In this document: positions 1 through 13,917 of the stretch, piece after piece | Numbering within the stretch: the first letter of the stretch is position 1 | How the letters are laid out: each line of letters starts with the position of its first letter | Source: Vermamoeba vermiformis | Taxonomy: Eukaryota | NCBI GenBank assembly: GCA_045837725.1 | Contig: JBEWZL010000006.1 | Location: forward strand, 124,001-188,000 | Length of the DNA stretch: 64,000 nt | Reading direction: 5' to 3' | The notes under the pieces: generated by a model | Seen by the model: only the letters and a program-made list of their open reading frames with translations | The model's database searches: none | What the model was told of the DNA's origin: nothing | Program-made: the position numbers and the translations under genes

Positions 1-89
1 TTCAGAGGATATTTATTTTAAAACATTAAATAAGTAAACCACAAAGTGGCAGGACAAAAAAGTTCGCGTTGATCCGCTTCGAATCCAAT

Positions 90-1752
90 CTAGTTCTGCA
101 TGTCCAAGTTGATTTCTAACGAGACATAAGGGTAGAACTTTTCGTTGGTGACCAAACCAGAAGGAGCTTGAGAATCCAAGTCTTCATCATTAGCCAAATT
201 GCGACCCATGTGCTTGTACATTTCATTCAGAGTGTCACGCAACTTCTTCTCTTGCCTCTTCTTGGGCTATAATAGTATAATACGTATGAGACCGACGGGT
301 ACTATTAATTCATATAGGTCTCAAGCCTTACCAGAATCAACATAGCTTGGAAATCTGCGGGCAAACCGAAGCGCAAAACTGATTCAACGAAGCAGCGAAT
401 GCACTTCAAATGAATCCAAGCAATAAATGCTTCAGCAAAGTTTGTCTTACACCATCGAGAAAGATTTCGCTAAACAAATAACATTAATATCCCTCTTCAT
501 GTAATGTTGTCAATGTGACAGCAATGAGATCCGTTATTGTTATGTAGTAATATTTGAAACACGTACCTTTTGTCTATCTCGCTCGGTGATTTGTTTTTTC
601 TTGGCCTCAGGATCGATAATGACAGCAGGCTCATATTTACGAACAATAAACTTGTGTTCACGAGCAGCGTTCTTAAAATCATCGACAGCGCGCTTGAACA
701 GAACAACGCACCACAATCCGTTTTCACCGTCTTCGAATACTTTGCGACTTGAACGAGGCACGACATATTGAGCCAATGTCTCGTATTTTGTGAGCCATGT
801 TTGTTCTTCGGATCTGGCGGCAAATTTAAACAATAAATATCATTGCAAATTATCAAAATATTATTTCGGCATTATTTACCTGTTGACTACAACGAAGAGA
901 GTTGTAAGATTTGTGCTTTCAGTAACGTCTTCTTTTTTAACAATATTTCCAAGATCTCGGGCAATAAGTGAGCCACTACATTTTAAAAAATTAGAAAAAT
1001 GCTCAAGAGCAGCAAAGTAAATATTATGATACGAGGGAATTAATATTTTGACGAGATCCGTTAATTAACGTAAACGTACCTTTCTTTTTTCTCTTGAGCG
1101 TGAATAGATTGATTCAAAGTGTTGTATTCCACGGCTTTTTGTCTCAATTCTTCGTCCAATTTGCCCACGTTCTAATAAACCATTTAGCAAATATTTATCG
1201 GATATTTTTTGAAAAGTCGACTAACTTCTTTCTCGCGTCAATTCCAACGGATGTATCAATTTGTACAGCTCTAAAAATTGTATAAATGCGTCCTATACTT
1301 ACGGCATGAACTAAATCAACGAGCTCACGCAGGGATTTTCGTCTCGGGAAGCGAGCATCCTCCCACTTGAATCGTGTCAAGTATTGATCGGCGTTGGCTG
1401 TTTAAAACAATTCGGAATGATAATTAACATCAGGAAAATTATAATTATTATAGCAGAGCAACTTACTGTCAATAATAGGGATATTAAACTTCTCTGGCTT
1501 TTTTTCCATTAAATCAAATAATTGTTTGGCGATCTTTCGAGTCATATTTTCAACGTACATATCGATTTTGTTTAATTCATCGCTCAATTCCATCAATGAG
1601 TTCAATGTGCCGACTTTGAGGTCTGGTATTTCAAATTTGTTATTTTCCTGCGATAGATCCTTGAACTGCATTGTTTGTCTGTTCAGGTCACCGAACACAT
1701 CCGGAGATGTCTTCTTAGGCACTGATATGAGCCAGAATAATTTATCCTCCAT
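90..1752 (-). CDS. ATP6V1C: V-type ATPase V1 subunit C (multi-exon)
   Basis: Exons translate to [67 protein letters not shown] and end in [15 protein letters not shown]. These are the conserved Vma5/ATP6V1C motifs. Confidence 0.95.
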
Positions 1753-1996
1753 ACTTTTGTTGCTTGAAAGAGCTCTACAACAACAATATCGTCGTTGGCG
1801 TATTTCCGTTTACTTTTCAGATGGATTTGCCCGTCAAAATTTTCTCGTTACAAATTTGACGACCAAATTTTGCTCGGGATCGAGACCGTTCTCTGAAAAA
1901 ATTTTGCTTTGCCGGACATTCTTATAAGTTATTTAGTTGTAAAGGTGACCACGACTGGTTTTTATCATTATACAAGAACTCGATCAGGAGATCTAG

Positions 1997-4214
1997 ATGT
2001 CCCGCCGAAACAGTATGTGACGATTAATTATGCTTTATTATATTATATGCTATTATTTTTTATGCGTTATTAACGATTGATAGGAAACAATCGTAATAGA
2101 GACGAGCCCGAGCATCCGAACGGTAATGAACCGGAAATACAAAACGGTCACAACGAAGAGGAGAATGGCTCCGATAACGATGGAGAAGAAGTTGTATCAG
2201 TATTAGACCAAATATTTGATGATTTAAATGAAAAGAGGTAAGCGGATCGTCACTTTCCTAAAAAGATCCCTCATAATTTTTTTTAATTCTTTGGTTTTCG
2301 CAAAATTACGTGATCGTTAGGCATCCTCATAACATTGTGTATTAAATAATATTGTGTAATATTATAATAATTCCTATTCAATAGTTGTGAATTTGATCTA
2401 ACCCGATCCATTTCTCTAGGTCTTCAACTCGCGAAGCAGCGCTTGAAAAGTTATGTAATCAATTACGATTGCATTATAATTTTGATATGGTTCACGAAAG
2501 GTATGTTCGGTGCTATTTTTCGGAGCTGCAGGATCCCCCACGAAAATTATTTAATTTTTCAGAAGCAACCTTTATGCGACATACATTCTATTCAGCTACA
2601 TTTATTGTACATAATCAAATTATTCGCTAGATCACTGTCTTTACGGAAAAGGTTCCGATTAAATTTTATCGATCACGAAATCTGACAATTCCTTTGCTCT
2701 ACAGACGCGAGACTATCGTCGAGGCTATTAAACGAGCACTCAAGCGAGGTGGATCACATGAACAAGTTCTTGGCTCCAAACTCAGCTCTTTAATCACGAT
2801 CACGATCGGAGCTGGTTGCTATGTAAGCAAAATTTTCATTTAGGCCTCTTGTATTACGAAATTAATAGGCCATAATATACCCTTGCAATATTAAAATAGC
2901 TGGATCTGACTTCGTTACCATACTAGGACATTTACTTGGATTTGCTCGACTTTTTCAGGACAATTATTTTGCAAAGCAATGATGCTCACGCCACAGCTTC
3001 CGTAAGTAAAATATACTATTGACCTAACACATACTCTATCATATGCTTATGCTGCCATAAATGCTCATCGTCCATTATTTTTTTCTTCTTCGATTGTTGA
3101 CCTTATTTTATTAGGCTATTGAAGCTCTTGCATTGAACTGCTTTATCGCCGGTGAAACTGAAGCGGATACTCAACAAGCCATGCAATTAATCGCATCAAT
3201 CTTCGATAAGACTCGTTCTCAGACTCCAGTTGAAGTTTTAGAAGCCGCTTTGAACTCTTGGGGCTTACTCGCTACTGTTGCTCCTATTGAATATTTGGTC
3301 AGAAAAGAACTTAATACGTAAGTTAATCCATACAATTGGTTAGGAGTAATTTTCTTTCGAGTTTTACTAATCTTCGGTCAATGTTTAGTCAAGTCAGATA
3401 CTTCGTCAAGTTATTGGACGACAGTGATGTAGATATTAGAGTATCAGCCGGACAAAATATTGCATTAGTGACTAGCCTCTTAAACTCCAACTTGATCGAT
3501 CAACAAGACAACGATCTGAGAAAACAATTGAAGCATTATACTGACGTTGAAAAATTGCTCGATAGATTGTATGATATTCGACATGATAGACGAAAGAGCG
3601 TATTCTCGCAAAAAGAAAAGAAATCAATGCGACAGGATCTGAAGGAAGTCGTTGAAATTATTGAGGTAAGGATCTCGCATTACTTCGCGACCTTTAACTT
3701 GAAGATATTGAATTAGGACATTATATTAATGGTATTTTATGATTAGACTGGCAAAGAACCCACAGAAGTAATCACAATTAAGCACCAGAAGTTTACTTTC
3801 GAAACATGGCCTACTTTGCGACAATTGGATTTCTTTAGAGACGTGTTGGCTCAAGGAACACACATTCACTTTGAAGTAAGTATTTGCCGCCTAAAATGAA
3901 CTTCTTTTTGCCAGTTACCGATCGGATGCGCTTTCCAGTACGCGGACCCGAAAAAATCGTTTTACTGCAACGTTTTTGCGCTTGAAATGAGAACTGTACT
4001 AATTATATGCATTTAGCAAAACGAGCTCCTATCAGACATCTTTGGCTTGGATATCGAGCACGACCTTGTGAATAAGAACTTGAGTGCGATTGAGAAGCGC
4101 ATGACTTTCTCGCCGAACTCGCCTTATGCCAAGGACAGGACACAGAACTTAATGAAGGACCGCGCCGTAAAGAGCGCGAAGACTGGCTCGATCATGTACG
4201 AAGATGACTTCTAA
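1997..4214 (+). CDS. IFRD1: Interferon-related developmental regulator (IFRD family), multi-exon
   Basis: Spliced exons give LNEKRSSTREAAL, AALNSWGLLAT, LLDDSDVDIRVSAGQNIAL, EKKSMRQDLKEV and FETWPTLRQLDFFRDVLAQGTHIHFEQNELLSDIFG, matching IFRD/IFRD_C. Confidence 0.85.
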
Positions 4215-4667
4215 GCCCAAGCAATTGATCTGAGCTCCATAGAGCTTTTGAACCAAAAATTTTGTTTATTACTATCTTTTGCGAATAAAATATTATTTAT
4301 TTGAAAACATGCTTGGATCAGAGTTTGTTTCTGCCTATGTACGGTTAACATCTGAAACTTCCCTTACTAAAATCCTTCGTTCGACCAGCAATTGCAAGAC
4401 CCCAGCCGTAGCCATATGTTCACTACAAATTGGTTAAGTAGAGTCTACTAAAGGTAGTAACAGTTCGGAATTTTCAGCACGTGGCAGCGAACAAGCAGAA
4501 AGAAAATTTTCGTTCTGATTTTGTTCAAAATAATTGTGTAAAGTAACGAGCATATCACTGTTCTGTATTATATAAGTTATTTGCTCCTTTGTATTGTTAG
4601 TTCAATCACTCGGCTCACTCCGATCTGGACATCTGTTTGCAAGCATTAATTAATCAAACAGAATAGC

Positions 4668-5937
<1,270 letters not shown>

Positions 5938-6080
5938 TACTTGGTCTTTTTTTGTTGCTGATCTAGAATTCTGTGGACCATAACATTGTAAATAAAATAA
6001 TAACTAAACTATATTTAACACGACATAATGTTTCATTAATTTACATGCTTGCGTAATACAGGTTGATCCGGATCTTGCCT

Positions 6081-6876
6081 TTATTTCTTCGTTAGGCCTA
6101 GTCTCTTTCGTTCTTCTTCAGTCTTCGGACAATAATCATCGCTAGGTAACTTAACTCCGGAATTTTCGGGTGTTGAGACTTGGATCATGACCATGTCGTC
6201 TGTCAACAAGAGTTCAGCCGAAATCCGGAGGATGCAGAGACTTACTTTCGATTTTAACTTTATGTGTCCGTTGTCTCGGTCCCTTATTAATAATTTTTCT
6301 GTCCATGTCTGCGTAGACGCCCTCTCCTACAATTTTGCGGTTAGTTCAGCGTCACTGGATCTCCTTCATCGTTGTAACACTTTTCTTGCAGCCATTACCT
6401 GTCTCTAGTATAATTTTATAATGATGCCACGGGCAATTCAACACTTTATGACCGCCGAAGTCCTGTGGAAACACAAGCATCCGTTGTTAGGCCAGATGCA
6501 CCAGATAAATTTAATTTTGCTATTATAAAATGTCAATATATACCTCAATATCAGATTGCCATAATGGACCTTCCCCGTCGAAAAGTTAGCCTTCAACTTG
6601 AAAAATAATATCTTCCTATTTTTCTTCTCGCTTACCTCCCATATCTTCATGAGTTAAGGAAAATTGATATTACCGTTATAAATTCGTAATATTAAAAGCA
6701 AGGATACGGTAACAACGCCCATCCATGGCGTAGATTCGCTGATCATTTAAATAAACTAGCACCAGCGTTCTTCCTTCAACCTCAATACATTTCATCCGTG
6801 AATTTTTCAGTTGTGATAGCGGCATTACATTGTGCCAAGTGGGTGCTGCACTCTCGACTGCTTTGTTGACTTCCAT
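6081..6876 (-). CDS. Small Rieske [2Fe-2S] domain protein (RFESD-like)
   Basis: The spliced product has both Rieske ligand boxes, RCYHMGGPL and NCPWHHY. The model needs a 9-nt exon at 6636-6644. Confidence 0.85.
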
Positions 6877-7414
6877 CACGACAATAAATTAATGATCTGT
6901 CCGCAACCGAAGCATCTTGGCCTCTTTTCGTGCCAATCAGCATTTCTATTACCGAGCGAAACGTAGTGCCTCGGCAAATTATCATCAAAAAGGACCTAAA
7001 TACGTTTTGAATTTATTCGAAGTTTCGTCGTGGTCGACGAGCTTTACGTAACACGTATTAAATTACTCATTGTCCTGGCTGACTAGAAATATTAGCGACT
7101 ACATGAGCCAACTATAACAATCGCTATCTGTCTTTTGGCTAAAGGGCAATCTCGTGGCAAATTCTTTTCTTTTCCAATTTTCGATTAAAATTGTACGAAA
7201 TAAGCAAACGACTACCTCTTTTAGTAAATGAGCTGAAACTGTTGGATTATTAGACCGTCATTTTACTCTTATCATCCATTAACAATTCTGTATCGAACAC
7301 AGATCAGATCTACGCGAGAAAAATTAAAACCTTGGTAAATACGATTCCATAAACTTAAACTTACACTAACAATTGTGCCAAACTAATATCAATAACATAG
7401 ATACTTGAATCATT

Positions 7415-7828
7415 ATGGCTGAAGGTGTTGCACTTCGAGTTTTCTTCATGATCGGCTGCTCTTTGCTGCTAGTTTGGGGAGTCATGTCTATCGTCTATTC
7501 AGTGATTGGAAGAGTCGTTGTATTTGATGGACAAATCAGCGGTGTCGCCAATCCGATAGGCCTAGCAGCGGGAGTGACAGAGGTCGTCATGTTCATATTT
7601 GGCATGTGGGGAGCGGGACGGATCGCGTCATTTCCTCTCATCTTTTTTGCCGTACTGGCTGTCTTGCTACTCGGTCTGAATATAGCTGCACTTACTTTAT
7701 ATCTCATACAATGGCCCGTAAGATTCATCGTTTTGGACTTCATTTGGTACTGCCTTGCGATCGGATTCCTTATCATTCTGTTTGTTATGTCTCTGGTTAT
7801 CTCTAGAAGAAGCCGACGACTCTGTTAA
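7415..7828 (+). CDS. Small intronless protein with about 4 transmembrane segments, function unknown
   Basis: 137-aa ORF with four hydrophobic segments and a basic, Cys-terminal tail. AATAAA lies downstream at about 7872. Confidence 0.7.
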   Translation: MAEGVALRVFFMIGCSLLLVWGVMSIVYSVIGRVVVFDGQISGVANPIGLAAGVTEVVMFIFGMWGAGRIASFPLIFFAVLAVLLLGLNIAALTLYLIQWPVRFIVLDFIWYCLAIGFLIILFVMSLVISRRSRRLC

Positions 7829-8777
7829 TGCAATGTATTAGAATCAGTCAGGCCTAATATGTATGAAACGCAATAAAATTGCATTAGACAAGTACCTAGC
7901 TATAAATTTAGTTCCGCGGATCCTGGTGCGAGCTTTCAAGTTGAATTATCACTTGCTTAACGCGTAATTTTCACGAAATAAAATTATTTGAAATATCTAG
8001 TGCTTGGAGCTTAATATAGGTAGGATTATTCCGGTCTGAAGATTTTTCCGTTGAGCCAGACAGATCCAAGTTACCGATTAGAGGCTACATAATGGCTAGA
8101 TCTCTGTGAATGTAGTATATTACGACTCTCTTTACATCGCAAGTTAAAAATCAAAAGCAGATTGCATGGTGATGAAAAATTCGCTGTAAATTTAATTTTC
8201 ACCGCTCGGTGCTGTCTATGAATACTACAAGATATAATTTGTCATCCGTATCAATATCAAAAATATTAAAAATTAACAAATATCTTTTTTTGTGTACTAA
8301 TTTGGATTGGCTCTGTTGCGCGAGGAACCAATCCAGGTGACTGTGAAATTAACCAAAAATCAAGAAAGAACAAACGATTCTAGTATTTCAATGTCGTAGT
8401 TTCAATTTCAGACAGAGAAGGAAATTTACGAGATGCAGCGTCGTTGAGGAGGACGTGCGGTCACTACACGCGCCCAACACTCCAAAACCTCAGCAAACGA
8501 TAAACCACAGCTAAATACATCGAGCCGATAAAGGGCAACTTACATAAAGCGGCTAGAAGCTCCAACTAAGCGCATCTTCTGCTGATCCACGAACGAACTT
8601 GATCCAAATCAACTCCTCGTGCGTCTGCTCAGTGAAAATCTAAATCCCTCGCCATACAGCGGTCTTGGAATCTCAACCACAAGATTACGAATTTAGAGCC
8701 CACGTGACTTTCCGCGCAGTATTTGCCAGAGAACGCGAAATTTCAGTCACCACAGAAAATCTTCGTCGAGAGCATAA

Positions 8778-9968
<1,191 letters not shown>

Positions 9969-10196
9969 ATTATTTGATCGCCTACGAGCATCTTGTAATA
10001 TTAAAAACCCATAAAAATACACAAATTAAAAAAATATCGAGTCCTTTATTCAGTTCGATTGCTATCTTTACGCGGCAGGCGAAGCCTTGCTTCTTGCTGC
10101 AGCAATGTGACATTCTTATGGCGTGAACTTGCTTCGCGGCTGTTCGCTCAAAAAACAATTTCAATTTTCGTTATCAGCACAAGACCACAACTTTTC

Positions 10197-11326
10197 ATGA
10201 GCAACTCGAGCGTTCTATTCGAACAACTCCCTTTGGAACTTAACGTTCTTATCATCAAATTACTCGACGCTCACACTTTACTCGCGTAAGAAGTTAAATT
10301 TTAAAATATTTATTTTTAAATTCAATAATTAATGTAGGGCATCCGCAACGTGCAAACGATGGCTAAATAATACCAAATATATCGTAGATTTAGATATTTG
10401 CCTCTGCAAATCAAGACAACCTGATACTGATCTAGATGCTGCAATCGAGCGTGTATTAGCGAATTTTGCGCCGGAGAATCTTCGCTCTTTAACTATCAAA
10501 CCGTACCTTAACAGTGAGAATCCGGTAATGGCAAGTAAGTTTTCGATGATTAACACTACCGCCTATTGAGCCTCTTTATTTATTATTATTATTACTAGGC
10601 TTTGTTTCAAAATTAACACGCTTAGAGTCCTTGACGATTTACGACACTTTCTTGTCACCAGCGGTGGACAAGTTAACGCATCTGAAACATCTGAATGTAG
10701 TTGGAAAGCTAGCGTGGGGCGACAGATTAGGAAAGTGTATTGCTAGCTGTACTAATTTGGAATCACTCGCCTTTCGTTGTGGACCCAGTTCTTACCAATC
10801 GTACTCGTTTGAGGGTGTCAGATCTGGAGCACTGAAGAATTGTACGCGGCTACAAGTATATGATGCTAATGGCAGGTTAATGCGGTTCGATTATATTGGC
10901 GAATTAACACAATTGAAGCAATTACATTTGGAGCGCGCCTACATTGACGACGAAATGTTCGAACACCTTGCAAAATTGACTAATTTGGAAGTGTTGAGCT
11001 TGGCTGGATTGCGAGCAGATGTGCCTGCTAACTATGAGTTAGACGAATCGATGGAAATGCCAGAACCACTTGGAAACCCAAATCCGATCCGTAGTTTGCG
11101 GTACTTAACTAGCTTACACAATTTGACGTATTTGGATATATCAGGGGTAGTTAAGCCCTTTATAGACGATTTTAACCTATTTAACTCTGAATTTGACGTG
11201 GCTGAGCTTTTAACGAGTCATTGGACAAAGTTGAAGAGGCTTAAGATTACAGGTACTAATATTGGCGAGTCTAATGCTGCTACATTGCAAAGTATTGATG
11301 GATTGGCGGTAGAAATTATTTGCTGA
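10197..11326 (+). CDS. F-box + leucine-rich repeat protein
   Basis: N-terminal F-box-like FEQLPLELNVLIIKLLD...ASATCKRW, followed by LRRs (LTQLKQLHL, LTNLEVLSL, LHNLTYLDIS). Two introns. Confidence 0.8.
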
Positions 11327-11561
11327 ACATGTTATACCAGCGTGGCTTCGAAACAAGATTGATCAAATTGGATCTGCTTGTTGATACGTTCAACATTTAA
11401 TCGTACGAATAAATATTTATTTCGTGATAATACCTTACTGAAACAACGCAAGGACTCAAGAGATCTGCCGCTGGTTATTTTCGACATTTTTTAAAAAAGG
11501 ACGGAAGATTACCACAACCACAACGACATAATTTACTTTATAAGGCACGCTAATTGCTAAT

Positions 11562-13758
11562 ATGAGACGAAATGTTGGTATTGCCGGGTTACAAAATAGG
11601 CAACAACAGGCTGTAAGTGAAAGCTCTGATAGAAGGGCTTCTTCTACGAATACAATAATAATAATAGTGGAATTTATTTAATATTAATTACACGTGTATT
11701 ATTAGTGTTGACGCAATACGCGTCGGCACGAATTATAATTCAATTTCGAATTTTCTTATTTATTTAATTTAGACAAAATTCAAAGAGACCGGCAATGAAA
11801 TAGCCAAGGTACAATCACAACAAGTAAGTAATAAATTATTATTATAATAATTATTCGCAAATTAACTCGTGACAGGTCCAAGAACAGATGGCGAAGTTCA
11901 AGGAGAAGCTGGAGCAGTTCGCTTTGAAGCATAAGAAGGATATTAATAAGAACCCTCAGCTACGACAGGAATTTAATCAAATGTGCGCGAAGATTGGAGT
12001 CGATCCGTTAGCAAGTAAGAAGCCGATCAAGACCCGATCTAGACCCCATATTAATTTTATTGTCTTTAGCTCACAAGGGTTTCTGGGCGCAGCTTCTTGG
12101 AGTAGGCGATTTCTACTACGAGTTGGCTATACAGATAGTTGATATCAGTCTCAAGACACGAGAGATTAATGGCGGCTTGATCTCGATCCGCGAAGTTTTG
12201 CAAAGACTGAATAAGCTACGAGGAGCAAGTGCGCAACAAATCAGCAAGTAAGTATTATTTGCATTGCCGATGCCAGTACGATTGATATCTAACTGATGTT
12301 AGGGATGATATTGAACGAGCTGTTCAGAAGCTCAAAGTACTCGGCGAAGGGTTCAAGATTCTTCACATTGGCGCGAAGAGAATGCTTCAAACAGTGCCTG
12401 GCGAGCTCAACAACGATCAAACGAGCATCATCTTGTTAGCCCAAGTAAGTTTTGACACGTACCGAAGTCACCTCGTGGACTTTTTTCATCTACATTGCGC
12501 AATAGTAATCGTTCTATTGTTAGAACAAAGGTTACGTCACCATTGCAGAGGTCACTAAAGAACTTGTCTGGGACGCAGCACGTGTCGAATATGCCTTGGT
12601 AAGTCTGTTTTAAAGTCAATTCGATTTGCTCGAGGCAAGGCTGTCCGAAAATTCCCCAGTGAATTGTTTGAAAAGCCAATGAGGTTATTTTGAGGTGATA
12701 TTCTTGCAACGTGCCTGGGTTTGGGGCGACTCGAATTGGAAGCGCCTTAGCCGATCAACAAGGTTTCGTGGTGTAGTTGGTTATCACGTCTGCCTCACAC
12801 GCAGTAGGTCCCCGGTTCGAGTCCGGGCGGAACCATTTCTTTTTTTGCATTGCTCTTTGCCACGGTGTTTCTGCCCAGCGTTCTGTTTGGCACCTTGGTT
12901 GGTTTGAAGGTTGCAACCAAATTTCACTTTTGGTCGTGCTCGACTTGCTGGACTTTTTTGGGCACAAAGCGTAGGAAATTAGGCAAAAGGGTTACGACTG
13001 CAGCCGCGAATACCGGTTTGTCTGCGTGTTTGCTAGCTTGGGGGTCTGTCTTTTCGCCCACTCCAATGACAAACGCCTTAAACCCTCAACAACGGCTCCG
13101 TAGTATAATGGCTATTATATTGGATTCTGACTCCAAGGATCCCGGTTCAATTCCGGGCGGGGCCTCTCTTTTTTGCCTGTGTCGGTGCCTTTTGCGCTTC
13201 TCTGGTTCTTGTTTATCAATGGTCATTCTTTCCGCGGGTCAGGCTTCTGCTCGGGAAGAGTTGAGCTTCTTGTGGATTAACTCTTTGGCTTACGCAGCTT
13301 TGCGAAGTCCTAGGATTTACTGAGTGCGAAACGACCTTTGCAAGTTGTTGCGGCAAGTAGTGACCCGAACACGAAATTGCTTTTCGTCTCGGGCACGACC
13401 ACACTAACAAGAATGCACCGCTTCCCGTCCGATCAGCGAAGTTAAGCTTGTTCAGGCCTTCTTAGTACTGGGGTAGGAGACTACCTGGGAATCGGAGGTG
13501 TTGTGCTCTTTTTGCTTTTTTGTATGATCTCGTATTGTGCCCTCGTAGTCTTCCCTCGGTTGCTTTTTCCACGTTCGCAGCGGATCGGATCTGAACTTTT
13601 TAGTTTGATCTGGTATGGCGGTCACTAATTTATTATTGTCACAGCACACAATGATGCAAGAAGGCATGGTCTGGCTCGACACGCAAGCAGGTGGCTCTGA
13701 AAGTTTATTTTGGTTCCCGTCGTTGTACAGCCAGATCAACAAGGTCGAAATGAATTAA
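11562..13758 (+). CDS. SNF8: ESCRT-II subunit SNF8/Vps22/EAP30; last intron 12599-13644 hosts Pol III genes
   Basis: Contains MRRNVGIAG, FNQMCAKIGVDPLA, KGFWAQLLGVGDFYYEL and DDIERAVQKLKVLG. The exon ending ...VEYAL at 12598 joins in phase to HTMMQEGMVWLD...FWFPSL at 13645-13758. Confidence 0.95.
12762..12835 (+). tRNA. tRNA-Val(CAC)
   Basis: Acceptor stem GGTTTCG/CGGAACC plus discriminator A. Anticodon loop CT-CAC-AC, T-loop GGTTCGAGTCC, followed by an oligo-T run. Confidence 0.96.
13094..13165 (+). tRNA. tRNA-Gln(CTG)
   Basis: Acceptor stem GGCTCCG/CGGGGCC plus discriminator T. Anticodon stem TTGGA/TCCAA with loop TT-CTG-AC, T-loop GGTTCAATTCC, followed by an oligo-T run. Confidence 0.96.
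13391..13509 (+). rRNA. 5S rRNA
   Basis: About 119 nt with terminal helix GGGCACGAC/GTTGTGCTC. Contains the eukaryotic 5S hallmarks CCCGTCCGATC, GAAGTTAAGC (A box), TTAGTACT and GAC..CCTGGGAA, then a T-run terminator. Confidence 0.96.
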
Positions 13759-13917
13759 CGATGCACTCGAGCTTACGACACGCACCACCTTAAGAACGTT
13801 TTGCCCAACCTTAGTATGGCTACATTCAACCTCGTACAACGAATCAACTGTAGCAAAGTGGATTCGATCCAAAACGAGATCCATTTTTTCGCAGTTTTAA
13901 TGTGTCGAATAATCTCG

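Noticed and set aside
12695-13742. Several 60-157-aa ORFs inside the SNF8 intron
   Set aside because: They overlap the tRNA and 5S genes and lack coding signatures.
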